Shown piece after piece: positions 60,830 to 64,000 of a stretch of DNA of 64,000 nt. The notes under the pieces are model-generated. The model worked only from the letters and a program-made list of their open reading frames with translations. It had not been told where the DNA came from and searched no databases. The DNA is from Hemiscyllium ocellatum. Taxonomy: Eukaryota. Both the position numbers and the translations under genes were made by a program. The stretch spans positions 73,192,237 through 73,256,236 of the forward strand of contig NC_083420.1 in assembly GCF_020745735.1 (NCBI RefSeq), given 5' to 3'. The first letter of the stretch is position 1. Each line of letters starts with the position of its first letter.

Positions 60830-61335
60830 GATCAAAAAGTGCATAAATCATTATTTATATTAAAACACGAGGGGGAATAGAGGGAATACCAGGTTTGCCA
60901 GCGAGAAGCAATGCCCTTCTCGACAAACGACACAGCTGCATCATCAAAAAGTGAAGTTGATGGCAGAGGTTGATTCAAAATAGAGTTCCAGGGGGAAGTA
61001 AGACATTCCACTCCCTGTGATGCCCACCTCTCTCTGAACAGCTCAAGGGTATTTGTAGACACTGTGTGCTCCTTCTCTAGGCACACCCATGCTCAGATGT
61101 AGCCAGGGAGGTGGGACAGGCAATCGGCCATAACAAACCCGTCCATGGCCCGCTGCCTGGACATGTTTATAGTCAGTTTGGCCAGGCCTAGAAGAACAAC
61201 CACAGCGAGATCCTCTGACCTACCCTAACCCCTCCGCACTGGGTGCCCCTAGAGTGTGGGACTGAAGAGCAACCAAAAGCAGAGAGAAAGTTATCTGGAA
61301 AACTAAAAAGGGAGTTCAAATGCCCACACGGAATA
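60830..61335 (-). mobile_element. Tx1-like 3' end fragment
   Basis: LEKEHTVSTNTLELFRERWASQGVEC. Confidence 0.8.
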
Positions 61336-61374
61336 TATACGTTTTTGTGCAGCTGTGAGATACAGTGAAGCACA

Positions 61375-61710
61375 ATAGATGTCCAAAAGTTTGTTCAATT
61401 TCCACCATCAGGAAAAAAGGAAGCACCAGGGTGGCCAATGACAAGCATTGCCCTTGTCATCAAAGGCAATGCTATGTGATCAAATAAAAAGTGAAAGGGA
61501 GGTGAGGAATTAAATCAAAATAGAGTTGGAGGGGGGAAATAAAACACTCCAATCCATGTAGTACGCAGATCTCCCTGAAGAGCTCCAGGGTGTTGGTAGA
61601 CCGGGTGTGTTTCTTCTCCAGAATCACCCGGGCAGGGACATAGCATGGAAGTGGGGCAGGCAATCAGCCATAAGAACTCCCTACATGACCAGTTACCTGG
61701 ACTGTTTACA
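61375..61710 (-). mobile_element. Tx1-like 3' end fragment, second copy
   Basis: LEKKHTRSTNTLELFREICVLHGLECFI; 3' UTR hairpin AGCATTGCC...GGCAATGCT at ~61445-61473. Confidence 0.8.
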
Positions 61711-61711
61711 T

Positions 61712-64000
61712 ATAATATATAAAACATAAAACATTCCAGCACAGTACAGGCCCTTCGACCCTGAATGTTGCGCCGACCTGTCATACCAATCTGAAGCCCA
61801 TCTAACCTACACTATTCCACGTTCTTGTCCAATGACGACATATATGTACTTCAAGTTGGCGAATCTCCTATATCTCCTATAAGTATCTCAAGTTGAAGGC
61901 AAAGCATTCCATACCATTCCTACTCTCTGACTACAGAACCTACCTCTGGCATCTGTCCTATATCTATCACCCCTCAATTTAAAGCTTTGCCATCCCGTGC
62001 TTGCCGTCACCATAAATGGAAAAAAGGTTCTCCCTGCCCACCCTATCTAACCCTCTGATAATCTTATATGTCTCTATTAAGTCACCCCTCAACCTTCTTC
62101 TCTCTAACGAAAACAGCCTCAAGACCCTCAGTCTTTCCTTGTAAGACTTTCTCTCCATACCTGGCAACATCCTAGTAAATCTCCTCTGCACCCTTTCCAA
62201 AAATTCCACATCCTTCTTATAATGCAGTGACCAGAGCTAAAACATTATATGCCTTCTTAACAACCCCGTCAACCTGGGTTTCAACTTTTAGGGATCTGTG
62301 TACATGTACACTGAAATCTCTCTGCTCATCTACACTACCAACAATCTTACCATTAGCCCAGTACTTTGCATCCCGCTTACTCCGAACAAAGTGAATCACC
62401 TCACACTTGTCCGAATTAAACTCCATTTCTCACCATCAGCCCAGGTCTGCAGCTCATCTATGTCCTTCTGTCACCTACAACATCCTTCCTCACTATCCAC
62501 AAATTCTCCGACCTCAGCGTCGTCTGCAAATTGACTAACCTAACCTTCTCCACACTCATTCAGGTCGTTAATAAAAATGACGAACAGCAGTGGACCCAAC
62601 AACGATCCTTCCGGTACACCATTAGTAGCTGGACTCCAGGATGAGCATTTCTCATCAACCACCATCCTCTGTCTTCTTTCAGCAAGCCAATTACTGATCC
62701 AAACTGCTATATCTCCCACAATCCCATTCCTCCACATTTTGTACAATAGCCTACTGTGGGGAACCTTACCGAATGCCTTGGTGAAATCTGTATAAACTAC
62801 ATCAACCGGTTTACTCTCATCTACTTGTTTGGTCATCTTCTCAAAGAACTCAATAAGTTTTGTAAGGCACGACATACCCTTCACAAAACCGTGCTGAATA
62901 ACCCTAATCAAATTATTCTTTTCGAGATGATTATAAATCATACCTCTTATTATCTTTTCCAACACTTCAACATCAACTGAAGTACGGCTCACTCGTCTAC
63001 AATTACCAGGGTTGTCTCTACTGCCCTTCTTGCACAGGGGAACCACATTTGCTATCCTCCAGTCTTCTGGCACTATTCCTTTCGACAACGATGATTTAAA
63101 GATCATTGTCCAAGCCTCAGCAATCTCCTCCCTGGTTTCCCAGAGAATCCTAGGATAACTTCATCCGGCCCTGGGGACTTATCTATTTTCACACTGCGTA
63201 GGATTTCTAATACCTTTACCTTGTGAACCTCAATCTCACCTGGTTTAGTAGCCTGAATCTCAGTATTCTCCTCAACAACTTTGTCGTTTTCTCGAATGAA
63301 TACTGTCGAAAAGTATTCATTTCGTGCTTCCGCTATCTCCTCTGACTCTACACACAAGTTCCCACTAATATCCTTGATTGGTCTAACTCTTACTCTCGCC
63401 ATTCTTTTATTCCTTAAATAATAATAGAAAGCCTTAGGGTTTACCCTGATCCTGTCGGCCAACAACTTCGTAGGTCTCCTCCTGGCTCCTCTGAGCTCTC
63501 TCTTTAGGTCTTTCCTGGCTGCCTTGTAACCGTCAAGCGCCCTAACTGAGCCTTCAAATCTCATTGTAACATAAGCCTTCATCTTCCTCTTAACCAGAGA
63601 TTCCACTTCTTTCGTAAACCATGGCTCCCGTGCTCGACAGCTTCCTCCCTGCCTGACAGGCACATGCTTATCTAGGATGCACAGGAGTTTTTCCTTGAAT
63701 AAGCTCCACATTTCTAATGTACCCATCCCCTGCAGTTTCCTGCCCCATCTTATGCTTGCCAAATCTTGCCTAATCGCATTGTAATTGCTTTTCCCCCAGC
63801 TGTAATTCTTGCCCAGTGGTATACACCTATTCCTTTCTATTACTAAAGTAAACTTAACAGAATTATGATCGCTATCACCAAAGCGCTCACCTACCTCCAC
63901 GTCTAACACCTGGCCGTGCTCATTACCCAATACCAAATCTTCGCCCCATATTGGCTTGTCTACATACCGTGTCAGGAAGACCTCCTGCACTCACTGGACA
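61712..64000 (-). mobile_element. CR1/HER1 LINE ORF2, comparatively well preserved; continues beyond the window
   Basis: ORFs 63103-63990 and 62540-63106 ([37 protein letters not shown]) and 61979-62209. Confidence 0.95.

Noticed and set aside
1-64000. CRISPR arrays, rRNA genes or prokaryotic operons
   Set aside because: None seen; all repeats are vertebrate retroelements or simple and tandem repeats.

Overview
Eukaryotic genomic DNA, almost certainly from a shark (HE1-type SINEs, HER1/CR1 LINEs, a GPR139-like receptor). Most of the window is decayed, nested retroelements: more than a dozen CR1-clade LINE pieces, three Gmr1-type Gypsy LTR elements with the PR-IN-RT-RH order (one complete with both LTRs and a 4-bp TSD), a Tx1-like LINE cluster, Rex1 fragments, tRNA-derived SINEs and a 2.1-kb C/A-rich minisatellite. 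The only intact gene is a two-exon GPR139-like class A GPCR (10160-10229 + 13134-14044, 326 aa). The ORF track misses its first exon. Homeodomain and O/E-like motifs lie just upstream of it. The most striking recurrent signal is about 11 minimal hammerhead-ribozyme motifs of Penelope-like retroelements. They occur as 97-133 bp non-coding insertions with 11-12 bp TSDs, as palindromes with a ribozyme on each strand (one inside the GPCR intron), and as a chimera fused to an initiator tRNA-Met copy. Weaker traces include C2H2 zinc-finger pseudogenes, two possible decayed VJ-type Ig exons and a tRNA-Leu relic. Family names are from recognition, not database searches, and TE boundaries without TSDs are approximate.
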